From Verrucomicrobiota bacterium (GTDB taxonomy: Bacteria; Verrucomicrobiota; Lentisphaeria; JABSQK01; JAJFLO01): a stretch of 64,000 nucleotides of DNA. A program made the position numbers and the translations under genes. Below are positions 49,416 through 59,257 of this stretch, piece by piece. The first letter of the stretch is position 1, and the number at the start of each line of letters is the position of its first letter. The notes below the pieces were generated by a model. It saw only the letters and a list, made by a program, of their open reading frames with translations, ran no database searches and had not been told where the DNA came from. The stretch spans positions 2,039 to 66,038 of the forward strand of contig JAJFLQ010000134.1 in assembly GCA_021772615.1 (NCBI GenBank). Direction: 5' to 3'.

Positions 49416-50825
49416 CTACTCGCTCCATTTCGAGGCATGCTCGGATTGCCGGCGGTAGAGGGCGGGATTGAAATATTTCTCGTAATATTCCAGTTCGATA
49501 TGGCATACCTGTACCCAGGTCCCCGGCGCGTAAAAGGCGTCGGTGTGCGCGGGAAAGCGACCATAGGTATCGAAGATATAGTTACAAATTTCCTTGGTGT
49601 ATTCTATGGTCTCCGGAGAATACTGCATACCGCTCGCTCGAAATCGCTCAACATCGCCTGCATCCCGGTACGAACGGCTGAAAATGGCGGTGTCCGCATA
49701 GGCTGCACGCTTGTCCTCAAGATGGCGATCGACGGCTTCGTCCATTGACGTCACATAAGGCGGACAGAGCCCCTCAAGAACACCATTAATTCCTACCGGA
49801 TTTGGCTGAGTCGACGGTAAAGGCGGCCAGCACGTCCATTCTTTTTTGGGGGTCTCCATGCGAAAACCAAGACCGTGTAATCCTTTCTCGTCGTCACGCT
49901 GAAAGATGTAAGGCGCCTGCGCGCAGGCATGCACCCAGCTGCCCAGCCCCAACGCCTGGGATACGAGCATCAGGTTTTGTTGTATGAAATAGGCTTCGTG
50001 ATCGGACAGCATCGTGCGAGCGAGACCGAGCGGGAACATAATTTTGGGATTCACGAACCCGCCTTTGACGCGGTCAACGCCCCCAATTGGCTGGTAAGGA
50101 ATATCTGGTATGAGTCCCAGATGATCGGCCGCCCAGGCCGCCCAGTCTTTGATATTGCGGGGATGGAAATGCTGCCAGTCATCGATGAACAAGGGGCGTT
50201 CGCCATCCGGACTCGCCAGCACATTCAGGATGCCGTTTATGTACATGCGCGTGGTATCGACAATCGGGAGAAACATGGTCGTGCCGGGGACATTGGAAAT
50301 TTGTCGATTCCACCCCATGTAATACGGGAATTTTCTCGGAAAATCGAGACGACGGTCCGAAATTCTGTGTTTTGCGGTATCCGCGACGTGCAGCCAATCC
50401 GCTTCTGCCCAGTCCTCCCAGCGCGCTGGAAGATCCTTGAGAAGATCAAGTCCTTCTTTTCCCTCCAACCGCCGAATTAACCACGTGCCGTCATCATTGG
50501 TCATGAATATCCGTGTCGGCTGGCTGTTATCCGGACTGCTTGCCGCCCTGCCGAGAATATTCATGAATGGTGTGGCCAGCTCTTTACCGTCGTCTTTGTA
50601 ATCGAGTGGACCATCGTGAGTAGTAATGGCCGTGAGCCCTGTCGAAGCAATGAGAATGGCTTCCTCAAGAGGGCGTAAAGGGGCCGGCGCGTTGGTGCTC
50701 TCGTGGCTCATCGCGCCGGAGTGAATCGAGGTGCCTTGGGCTACCCTCCGACTACGGCGATGGAGAATGGCGGACAGTAAGGGGTAGTCGAAGAGTTCTT
50801 TGAGGCCGCTTTTTTTATTTGGCAT
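49416..50825 (-). CDS. large nitroreductase-fold protein of unknown function
   Basis: AILHRRSRR, GRAASSPDNSQP, QNLMLVSQALGLGSW. Confidence 0.6.
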   Translation of the reverse strand: MPNKKSGLKELFDYPLLSAILHRRSRRVAQGTSIHSGAMSHESTNAPAPLRPLEEAILIASTGLTAITTHDGPLDYKDDGKELATPFMNILGRAASSPDNSQPTRIFMTNDDGTWLIRRLEGKEGLDLLKDLPARWEDWAEADWLHVADTAKHRISDRRLDFPRKFPYYMGWNRQISNVPGTTMFLPIVDTTRMYINGILNVLASPDGERPLFIDDWQHFHPRNIKDWAAWAADHLGLIPDIPYQPIGGVDRVKGGFVNPKIMFPLGLARTMLSDHEAYFIQQNLMLVSQALGLGSWVHACAQAPYIFQRDDEKGLHGLGFRMETPKKEWTCWPPLPSTQPNPVGINGVLEGLCPPYVTSMDEAVDRHLEDKRAAYADTAIFSRSYRDAGDVERFRASGMQYSPETIEYTKEICNYIFDTYGRFPAHTDAFYAPGTWVQVCHIELEYYEKYFNPALYRRQSEHASKWSE

Positions 50826-50874
50826 GGTAACTCACTTTGTGATTTAAGATTAGTCTGATCAATTCCTTTCAGCC

Positions 50875-51082
50875 GTGCGGTCGCTGGGGACATCGACCCT
50901 CCACAAGACCGTAAAACGTGTCGTGCGGTCGGTGCGGACATCGACCCTCCACAAGACTGCAAAACGTGTGGTGCGGTCGCTGGGGACATCGACCCTCCAC
51001 AAGACTGCATAACGTGTGGTGCGGTCGCTGGGGACATCAACCCTCCACATGACTGCAGAACGTGTCGTGCGGTCGCTGGGGA
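50875..51082. repeat. tandem array of 48-bp REP-like units (4 full + 1 partial)
   Basis: Unit GTGCGGTCGCTGGGGACATCGACCCTCCACAAGACTGCAAAACGTGTG starting at 50875, 50923, 50971, 51019 and 51067. Confidence 0.9.
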
Positions 51083-51114
51083 TCTGTGTCCTCTACGCTA
51101 CAATTAAATCCCCC

Positions 51115-54100
51115 TCAACTTCCCCGCTCCAGTTCTTCCACGATGATCGGAAAGACATCCCGATGGGCGTTTTTTCCGATCATACAGTCCAGATGAGCAT
51201 AATCCGGGATGACCCGCCGAGTGTACAGCTCTGTACCGTTGTTTTCGCGTAACCATAAGTAGGTTTTCTCGGAGCCGTCGGGGAAGAACATGGTATTTTT
51301 CGCACCGTGAATCAGGGAGATCGGTAAGGCGAGGCTTTTTACATTCGGCATATAAGTATCCTTGCCGTCCTTGTCCACGATGTACCCCTTCTGAAGGATC
51401 TTCAGGATCTGATGGAATACGTGAACGTTAAACGTCCCGAACATTTCCTGTATCGCATCATGCACTGCCGGATTCAGCTGGGCGTGCGTGTAGCAGTGTC
51501 CGAATATCGCGAAGATCCGGCGACAGACGGTACTGTTGCACTGCTCTTCCCTGGGGATTGGGTATAGCTTGACGATCTGATCAACAACATCGGCTCCGAG
51601 ACTTCCGCCGGGATCCGTTGTAAGCTCGTGTATGCCGAGATCCTCGCAAATAGTGGCCAGGCGTATGTCGGCTTTGAGTTTGCCATCGAGCTGGATGTCT
51701 GGATGAGGTGTAAATTGCGATGCAACAAACGAACGCACGCCTTTGAGCCCCGCGAGAAGAGCCATAAAACACGTTAGCGAGCCGACACAATGCGCCACCA
51801 CCTGTACGTCCTTACTCTTCGTTACCGAGCAGACCTCCCGCACCGCTGCCGGCCAGTCGCGCCTGGCGATATCGTCGAGCATAAACTGAGTACGTGAGAC
51901 CGGCAAATCCGGGCTTGCGCGGTAGTCCAATAACCACGTATCATACCCCTTTCCGCTAAGGTATTCAGCCAGATTCACCTCAACAGCGTCGAACGTGAAG
52001 CCATACGTTGAATTCCCGAAGCCGGGAGCGCAAATCACAGGCCCCTTCTCGCCTCCCTGAAAACGAATGAGCCGCAATTCAGCGCCGTCATCCGCAGTGA
52101 AATGGTGAATGTCCGGAGCCGGCGCGTTGAGCGGGCGTTTTTTACGCTGGAATCTCTCCCCCACCGTGCAACAGTCTGCGGTCACTCCTCCGTAACTCTG
52201 CCAGAGAGAGCCGGCAAAGAATTCGCCAAAGCGAGCCAGGGCACTGAGGCGTTGGGCCTCATTTTCGGCATTTGTAACGGCAATAGTCGTCATTTGCATC
52301 ATGAAATCCGCCGGCGCAATTTTGAGGATGCCTTTGCCGAGTACGGGCGCCTGTTCGTTCTCACCGTCATAAAGGGTGATGTACAGGGTTGTGGTTTGCG
52401 GCCATGCATTCAGCAGTGAACCATGGTTGATCACCTTATAGCCGTAGAAGTAGTAAACGCGCCCGTCTTCCGCGTGAAGTTTCATCTTGTAACGCATATT
52501 TCGCGTTTCGACTTCATCCTCATTGCTGATAAACAGGTTGAACGTCGCATCGCTTACGGTGAGCGACTGCGGCGAGAGCTCAGGAGCTGTGACGGTTCCG
52601 TGCATCTTCGCCTCATGCGCCGGATTATCGATAAGCTTATTGACGTCATCCGATACTACGCTGAGTACGAAATCGAGCATAGATCCGTCTTTCTCTCCCT
52701 GCTTCGCTGCTGCTGCAAAATCGTCTTTTACCTGGCACGAGAAGTAGCCTTTCATTTTCTCCGTAAATCGGATGCCGATCGTCTGCGCTACAGAGGGTTT
52801 TCGGGGTTTCGATCCGAATGTATAGTCGATCGACCATCCACGATCCTCCGCTATAATCGCGCAGCATCGCTCGGCCAGCGCCGAAATTGTCAGGAGAGGA
52901 TTCACGCCGACACTGGCAGGCAGGACAGCGCCGTCGCAAACGTAGAGCCCGTCATGGACCTCCTGTCCTTCATTACCGGAAAAAGCCTGTCCCTTGTGAT
53001 TGACGACGCCCGATTCTGCTCGATCGGCCATCACACAACCGCCCAATGGATGCACGGTGATCAGGCTTTTATGGAAGTGTTTGCTCCAGATAGGATTCTT
53101 GACATACTCACCATCCAACGCCTTTGTAGCCTCGTGCAAGCTTTCATTTATCGTTTCGAAGATGGGTTTTTTGCCTACATTCGGCCACGATATCCGAAGT
53201 CTATCATCCTGGAGCGTCATCTCGCCATCGCTATCATCATGGGCCATCACCAGATATGTCTGTGTATGTCTCGTCGCACCGAAGTATGCGCCGTGAAGCA
53301 GGCTTTCAGCGACTCTTGCAGTTCGTTCGATGCCTTCAAGAAAACCGACGTTCTTGTCGAGCCCCAGTGCGACCGCGGCCTCATTGAGTGCGCACGGCAG
53401 GATCCCTGCCATCGCACCAGGCATCACGCCTTCTTCGATGACATAACCGTCATGCACATTCGGCGTCTCACGATGATCGATGATGCCGGTTATGCAGGGT
53501 CCGGCAGGTGACGCGTGCCCGGGCCTGCGACGGCCCAACCCGATACCATTGATCTCGTCAGCGCAATTATAGCCAAAGCCGAGAACGTCCCCGTTGCCGG
53601 TAAAATTCCGGCCGAGCATATCCGGCAGGGACAAGCCTTTTTCCCGAGACCTCAGGAGGATTTGGGTTGAGCCAAGCGAGCCGGCAGCCACTATCACGAT
53701 ATCGCAGCTTACAAAGAGACTTTCAGCCTCGAATTTCTCGCGGCCTTCGCCAATAGTCTGGTAGAAAACCATCCATTTGCCATCGCGGCGTTCAACATTT
53801 CGAACGTTGATCTGCGTAAAGATCTCGGCGCCGTGATTCCATGCGTCCGGCAGGACATTCATTAACGTCGTGTTCTTTGCCGAATAATTACAACCGGAAA
53901 CACAATCGCCGCAACCGTTGCACGCCTTTTGCTCTACGCCCACAGGATTTGTCCCGTCCGCAAATGTGACATTGATCGGCGGACGATAAAACTCCCCCTC
54001 CAACCCCATACTTCGTGCTGATTTTTCCTGCGCCTTCAACTTTCCCAGTTCCGGAAAATCATCTGGATACGGCGTCGCTCCCAGGACCTTTTTCGCACGC

Positions 54101-54513
54101 TCATAGCCGTCCTTGATGCGTCCGTCCACATCGGCGCGAATTTCGTCCGGCCATCGCGGATCGTCCCATACTCGGGGATCCGCATGCAGCGACACATTCG
54201 CATTGATCAACGAGGTGCCGCCAAGTCCGCAGCCGACCAGCGCATTCATCTCTTCGTTGACATGGAACTCGAACATTCCCTCGTGGGAACCGACGTGGCC
54301 GGTTGGTGTATTGAGCTGGATCTCGGCCAACGCCTCCAATTCGGTATCCGGATATTCACCCGGGTGAATTTCGCGTCCGCGTTCCAGGACGCACACGTCT
54401 TGCCCCGCCCGCGACAATCGCGATGCCGCGATACCGCCGCCGTAGCCGGAACCAATGACGACAACCGTGTAGTGGTCCTTCATGTCGCTTGTTGGCGATG
54501 ATAAACGATTCAT
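51115..54513 (-). CDS. GMC (cholesterol oxidase-like) oxidoreductase fused to an alpha/beta-hydrolase
   Basis: GSGYGG, GLGGTSLINANV, CNGCGDCVSGC, TVHPLGG, VNPLLTISALAER; hydrolase elbow AHCVG and YAHLD. Confidence 0.9.
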   Translation of the reverse strand: MNRLSSPTSDMKDHYTVVVIGSGYGGGIAASRLSRAGQDVCVLERGREIHPGEYPDTELEALAEIQLNTPTGHVGSHEGMFEFHVNEEMNALVGCGLGGTSLINANVSLHADPRVWDDPRWPDEIRADVDGRIKDGYERAKKVLGATPYPDDFPELGKLKAQEKSARSMGLEGEFYRPPINVTFADGTNPVGVEQKACNGCGDCVSGCNYSAKNTTLMNVLPDAWNHGAEIFTQINVRNVERRDGKWMVFYQTIGEGREKFEAESLFVSCDIVIVAAGSLGSTQILLRSREKGLSLPDMLGRNFTGNGDVLGFGYNCADEINGIGLGRRRPGHASPAGPCITGIIDHRETPNVHDGYVIEEGVMPGAMAGILPCALNEAAVALGLDKNVGFLEGIERTARVAESLLHGAYFGATRHTQTYLVMAHDDSDGEMTLQDDRLRISWPNVGKKPIFETINESLHEATKALDGEYVKNPIWSKHFHKSLITVHPLGGCVMADRAESGVVNHKGQAFSGNEGQEVHDGLYVCDGAVLPASVGVNPLLTISALAERCCAIIAEDRGWSIDYTFGSKPRKPSVAQTIGIRFTEKMKGYFSCQVKDDFAAAAKQGEKDGSMLDFVLSVVSDDVNKLIDNPAHEAKMHGTVTAPELSPQSLTVSDATFNLFISNEDEVETRNMRYKMKLHAEDGRVYYFYGYKVINHGSLLNAWPQTTTLYITLYDGENEQAPVLGKGILKIAPADFMMQMTTIAVTNAENEAQRLSALARFGEFFAGSLWQSYGGVTADCCTVGERFQRKKRPLNAPAPDIHHFTADDGAELRLIRFQGGEKGPVICAPGFGNSTYGFTFDAVEVNLAEYLSGKGYDTWLLDYRASPDLPVSRTQFMLDDIARRDWPAAVREVCSVTKSKDVQVVAHCVGSLTCFMALLAGLKGVRSFVASQFTPHPDIQLDGKLKADIRLATICEDLGIHELTTDPGGSLGADVVDQIVKLYPIPREEQCNSTVCRRIFAIFGHCYTHAQLNPAVHDAIQEMFGTFNVHVFHQILKILQKGYIVDKDGKDTYMPNVKSLALPISLIHGAKNTMFFPDGSEKTYLWLRENNGTELYTRRVIPDYAHLDCMIGKNAHRDVFPIIVEELERGS

Positions 54514-54579
54514 TATTCCCCCCTTTTGGTCTATCTTGTCGTTACCCGCTTTCACGGATCGGTTACGGCGGCGCATGGG

Positions 54580-57500
54580 TCAATCAACATGCCGTGCAAC
54601 TACGCTTTGCTGATCAATCGGCACAGTTTTCCACAGGCAGCGCTTACAAACCTTGGATGCGTCCCTCATCAACTGTGATTTCTCCGAACGATACTTGAAC
54701 TCGTACTGCAAGCGGTTACAGGCGATCTCAAGCCAATCGCGCCAATCCACGCGCCAGTGCCAAATCTGATTATCGGAGCTGCCGACAATGAGGTACTTAC
54801 CGTCTGCGCTGAAGGCCAGGGACGTGAATGTCGCCGCGCGGTAATCAGCAAGCACATCCGATATCAGCTCCATGCCACGGCCCCAGAGCCGCGCGACACC
54901 GTCTACTCCCGTGCTGGCAATCCTGCTGCCATCCGGACTGAATGCGAGAGCCGTTATGGGACCGTTATGCGCTCTCTTTTCACTCACCAGATTCGTGTTC
55001 GTGTCCAAATGCCACGAAAGAATAAATCCGTTTTCGGTACCGCTGAGAAGTATGTGTCCCGCCGGGTTGAAGGCCAGACTCGTTGGCGTGGAATACAGGT
55101 CCGATGTTGTTTGCAGAAGATTGCCGTCCAGATCCCACAATCGGACTGTGAGATCATCCGAGCACGTCGCGATACGATCTCCCTGCGGGTGGAAGGCAAC
55201 GGCTGTAATTACACCGCTATGCCCAACGAGATCACTCACGCATTGTCTCGTATCCACATCCCATAATCGCACCTGCTGATCAGCGCTGCCGCTGGCCACT
55301 AAATTGCCGTCCGGGCTGAACGCAATACAGGTTATCGGGGCGTAATGTCCCGACAACGGATCGCCGTCCGATTTACCTCCTGCCGTCCAAAACCTGAGAT
55401 ACTCATCGATCCCGCCGCTGACAAGGACGGTCCCGTCGGGATGTATGGCGAGGGACGATATGGAACCGGAACGGACTTCCACATTCCAGCCCGGCCGGTG
55501 TGTAGCCGCCGACCACCTGCGAATTGTGCCGCCCTGGCCGGCGCTGAAAAAGGCGTCGCCATCCGGGCTGTATGCCACCGCATTTACGGCAGCATCGTGA
55601 GCCTCAATCGGTTTCCCCACCATTATGCCCTCGGGATCAAGGAATTTAAGGGTTCCCTGATCGGTCCCGAATGCAATGAATGTGCCATTCGGATGGTAGC
55701 CTAGCGATTCCACGTTACCGACGTAACCCGTGAAGTCGGGGGCCACGTTGTTACCTTCGAAGTCGATAAAACGGATGGCACGGTCGTCGCCGGCACTGAC
55801 GATTCGCTCGCCATTCGAATGAACAACCAGGCTGGTGACCGCGCCGCCATGATGGGTAAACGGCTCTTTCGCCGCACTCCCGTCGAGATGCCACAACCGC
55901 ACCGTTCCATCGTCGCCACCGCTGACGAGCATGTCTCCTGCCGGATTGAACACAACGGCATTCACGCTCCCTGCGTGCCCGTCAATTGAGGTGAGCGATT
56001 CGTCTTCGAACTGAAATATGTGGATCTTGCCGTCACCGCTGGCGCTGGCAAAAGAAGTGCCGTCCGGGTTGAAAGAAATCTGATGGATGACCGCATGGTG
56101 TGCTTCTTTTGGCAATCGCAAGCTGGCGCCATTCGCGTCCCACAACTGTATCGACCCATCCCAGCAACCACTAAGTATTCTTGTACCATCAGAACTGATC
56201 GCCACTGCCGTAACATACTTGCGATTCGGTACGGGTTCACACCACACCTCGACACCCTCGGTAGTCCAAAAACACACTGTCCCGGCAGCACCGCCGCTGA
56301 CGATATGACAACCGTCCGGCGTGTAGACGACGGATTCAACACCTTCCTCATGCCCGGTAAAATTTTTATTAACAACCGTTCCATCCAACATTACCTGCTG
56401 GATAACAGGTTTGATTCCTCCGCATGCAACCGTGTGCCCATCCGGACTGAATGCGATCGAGTTGATGCCCCCCAACTTCGGAAACCAGATCGCATTCTTC
56501 TCCCGTGCGACTTCCACAGCACTGCTTAGTCCATGTTGTATGCCGTGCAGAACCCGATCGAACTGATCTTCGCTCTTGCCTACTAAAGCCACCGCGTTCG
56601 CCAGCGCCAACGCGGGTTCCTTTGAGAGCTTCTCGGGCATTTCGGCCGCTTCTTTTCGGATTAATGCTTCTTTGAATCGCCGTTGGGCCGTTTGTTTCTC
56701 CTCCTCCGCCTTCCTGCGTTCGGCCAACGCCGTGTTCTTATCGCGCTCAGCATCTACCTTTGCCTCTCTCGCCTCATGCGCCTTTTTTACCGCTTCATGC
56801 ATTCCGGTCCAGGCGAGTCCCGTCATAATCACCATTCCAACCACCGCCGCCGCCAGGCCCATATGCAACATCTGCCGAACACGATCTCTGCGTTTACGTT
56901 CAATCTTGCTGGCGGCCACGAGCCGTTTTTCATGCGGCATCAACACACCAAGGCCGCTTGCGCCGGCTTCGACAATCGCCAGGTCTGCCCTGTCCAGGAC
57001 GGCGCCAACTCGGTCGTCCTTCCATTCCATTGACCGATTCCCCAGGATACGACGAGCACGCGGACCCGGAAGATCCGATTCGTCGAAACGACAGCGAACC
57101 GGCAATGCGAGCGTATCGTGAGCCAGGCGAGTAACCTTCTTACCGGCCATCTGGTCATTCGACGAGTCGACGAGGAGGTATAGGCTCTTGCATCGCTCTA
57201 TCAAGGCGTCCAGATCATACCGGTGATTGCAATAGGTACGGTGAAGCTCATCTTCGCTGCGTGCCGCGGCAGTCATCATCGGTGTCGTGTGATAAACCAG
57301 GAGATTTAGCACGAAACCGGTATCCACCGCGTCACGGTGGTGTGCCGCCAGCTGACCCAGCTGACGATCCACAAAATCAGCCAGCAGCAGCCCGCATTTC
57401 TTGACGTCGTGATAGAGCTCGATCGTAAACGCCGGTGCCGAATTATTCGATTCCGTGGCTGCCTCCCACATCTTCGTCAGTAGGATTTGCAATGCAGGAG

Positions 57501-58902
57501 CGGTTGGCGACTCACGGTCTCTGAGGAGGTCATTGGCGACGAGCGCTGGTACCGCCGGATCTATGGTCAGCCCATAGTGTTGGCGAAGGCGCACGGTACT
57601 GTGCAGTCCGGCAACGATTTCGATGACGGCTTCATGATCGAGTGCTTCAAGAAAAACCTTGCCGAACCCCACGTCGCTCGATTCGAAAACCTTTTGTACT
57701 TCCGGGTACCACTCTTTGCGAAACGAGAAAATGATCCTGTTTCTGGACGACGGATTCCCGTTGGAGAACATGTGTTTCAGCACCTGAACAAGTTCGACGA
57801 GTTCATCTGGCTGGTTTTCGGTAGGTCGCGTAAAAACCTCCTCAACCTGGTCCAGTAAGATGACTATCGGTTTGCGAGCGTCGGTTTCCGCGGCACTCCA
57901 CACAGCAGGCAAGGGATCGGAAACAGAAGAATGCGGCTGCGAGTTAGCAGACGCGGGATCGGCTGTCAACTGAATCAATGCCCTGCGAATCGAACCGGAC
58001 AAGGTATCGTACTGGTCGCGGCGAACATAGAGAATTTCGTAGTGCCACGCCAGTCTGGGCAAGAGCCCGGCCGCGAGGAAGGATGACTTTCCTACTCCGG
58101 ACTGGCCATAGAGCAACGTGATCGGGGATGCGTCCTCGGCGATGACCCGTGAATACAAGGACCTGATCTCTCTATTCCTGCCAAAGAAAATTTCCGCGTC
58201 CTGCTCATCGAAATACTGTAGGTATCGAAAAGGTTTGACCGGTAATGGTCGACGCTGCAGACCGGGCAGTCCCCAACAGGGGTCGGGTATCGGCAGAAAG
58301 TCGGCGCATTTATCGATTATTGCAGCAATCGGACAGGCATACAACGTACCGGCCACAGCCTGATCATCCTTCATCAGAGCGAATCGCAACACACCCACGA
58401 TGGCGTTGTCTACGATCATCGGTGCGCCCGAGAGCCCTTTCACGGGTGCGCCTTCTCCTCCGGCAGCCTGCTTGCTGAACAATTGAATCGCGTCGATACC
58501 GTTGAGTAGTGCCTTGTGATTCTCCACCGTTCCCGTCTGGATCATGCCGTCAACCGGTTGGGAATCTGGAAATCCGTAGGTGACGAAATCGCCACCGGAC
58601 CTGCCGAGGTTGGCAAGGGGAATCGGCCGCGCCGAAACGGTATTCAGGCACGTTAACAACACCCAATCACTGTGGGGATCGAAGTATGAATCATAGATGG
58701 CTGCTTCGACGACGCCTTCGGGGAATTGCAGAAATATCGTGCCAGGGTGTGGCAGGGGCGGATTCTTTTCACGGTCGGCGACGACATGAAGAGCGGTAAG
58801 CACCAGACCGTCTGCAATCAGGCATCCGGTCCCACGACTCTTGCTTCTGCCTTCATCACCAACTTCGATGCGGGCGATAGCGTTTCGGACCAACGCGTCC
58901 AT
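54580..58902 (-). CDS. trypsin-like protease - nSTAND1 NTPase - TM - WD40 repeat protein
   Basis: Triad TALHVV / DWVLL / GLSGAP; FFGR, GQSGVGKSS, LLDQVEE; TM helix and coiled coil; more than 12 WD40 repeats. Confidence 0.93.
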   Translation of the reverse strand: MDALVRNAIARIEVGDEGRSKSRGTGCLIADGLVLTALHVVADREKNPPLPHPGTIFLQFPEGVVEAAIYDSYFDPHSDWVLLTCLNTVSARPIPLANLGRSGGDFVTYGFPDSQPVDGMIQTGTVENHKALLNGIDAIQLFSKQAAGGEGAPVKGLSGAPMIVDNAIVGVLRFALMKDDQAVAGTLYACPIAAIIDKCADFLPIPDPCWGLPGLQRRPLPVKPFRYLQYFDEQDAEIFFGRNREIRSLYSRVIAEDASPITLLYGQSGVGKSSFLAAGLLPRLAWHYEILYVRRDQYDTLSGSIRRALIQLTADPASANSQPHSSVSDPLPAVWSAAETDARKPIVILLDQVEEVFTRPTENQPDELVELVQVLKHMFSNGNPSSRNRIIFSFRKEWYPEVQKVFESSDVGFGKVFLEALDHEAVIEIVAGLHSTVRLRQHYGLTIDPAVPALVANDLLRDRESPTAPALQILLTKMWEAATESNNSAPAFTIELYHDVKKCGLLLADFVDRQLGQLAAHHRDAVDTGFVLNLLVYHTTPMMTAAARSEDELHRTYCNHRYDLDALIERCKSLYLLVDSSNDQMAGKKVTRLAHDTLALPVRCRFDESDLPGPRARRILGNRSMEWKDDRVGAVLDRADLAIVEAGASGLGVLMPHEKRLVAASKIERKRRDRVRQMLHMGLAAAVVGMVIMTGLAWTGMHEAVKKAHEAREAKVDAERDKNTALAERRKAEEEKQTAQRRFKEALIRKEAAEMPEKLSKEPALALANAVALVGKSEDQFDRVLHGIQHGLSSAVEVAREKNAIWFPKLGGINSIAFSPDGHTVACGGIKPVIQQVMLDGTVVNKNFTGHEEGVESVVYTPDGCHIVSGGAAGTVCFWTTEGVEVWCEPVPNRKYVTAVAISSDGTRILSGCWDGSIQLWDANGASLRLPKEAHHAVIHQISFNPDGTSFASASGDGKIHIFQFEDESLTSIDGHAGSVNAVVFNPAGDMLVSGGDDGTVRLWHLDGSAAKEPFTHHGGAVTSLVVHSNGERIVSAGDDRAIRFIDFEGNNVAPDFTGYVGNVESLGYHPNGTFIAFGTDQGTLKFLDPEGIMVGKPIEAHDAAVNAVAYSPDGDAFFSAGQGGTIRRWSAATHRPGWNVEVRSGSISSLAIHPDGTVLVSGGIDEYLRFWTAGGKSDGDPLSGHYAPITCIAFSPDGNLVASGSADQQVRLWDVDTRQCVSDLVGHSGVITAVAFHPQGDRIATCSDDLTVRLWDLDGNLLQTTSDLYSTPTSLAFNPAGHILLSGTENGFILSWHLDTNTNLVSEKRAHNGPITALAFSPDGSRIASTGVDGVARLWGRGMELISDVLADYRAATFTSLAFSADGKYLIVGSSDNQIWHWRVDWRDWLEIACNRLQYEFKYRSEKSQLMRDASKVCKRCLWKTVPIDQQSVVARHVD

Positions 58903-59031
58903 GGTGAAACCAAATCAGGTTTTATATAATCGCATGGATTGGCTTCCGTGCCGGTAAGCGGATCTCAACGGCAACCAACGCATGGCACTGATTTTGCCAT
59001 GCTGCGACAATCGCGACCTGCGAATACGGTA

Positions 59032-59060
59032 AGGCTAACAGCGGAAGTGCCCGAATACAA
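59032..59060 (-). promoter_or_regulatory. sigma70-like promoter TTGTAT-N17-TAGCCT (intact copy)
   Basis: Conserved upstream of all three paralogues. Confidence 0.65.
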
Positions 59061-59257
59061 ATGAATTGTCGAAACGGCTCCAGATTCCCGCGCAGATCTT
59101 GCAATACAGCCACTGCACCGCTACAGTTTTATCGCAGAGCATACGTCAAGAACCGCGATCAAGCTGGATGTATCCGCGTACGGCTGGCTACCTTTAACCG
59201 AAGAATCGATTTTGCGATCGATTGCTTCATTTTCTCAACAAGGGGGAACGGTATCTC

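Noticed and set aside
50741..51050. Repetitive peptide ORFs (MSPATAPHV... and MWRVDVPSD...) as RiPP precursors
   Set aside because: The 48-bp period keeps several frames open by default; there is no RBS, and the DNA hairpin explains the conservation.
50875..51082. CRISPR array
   Set aside because: The would-be spacers are near-identical and short, and no cas genes are present; it is a tandem repeat.
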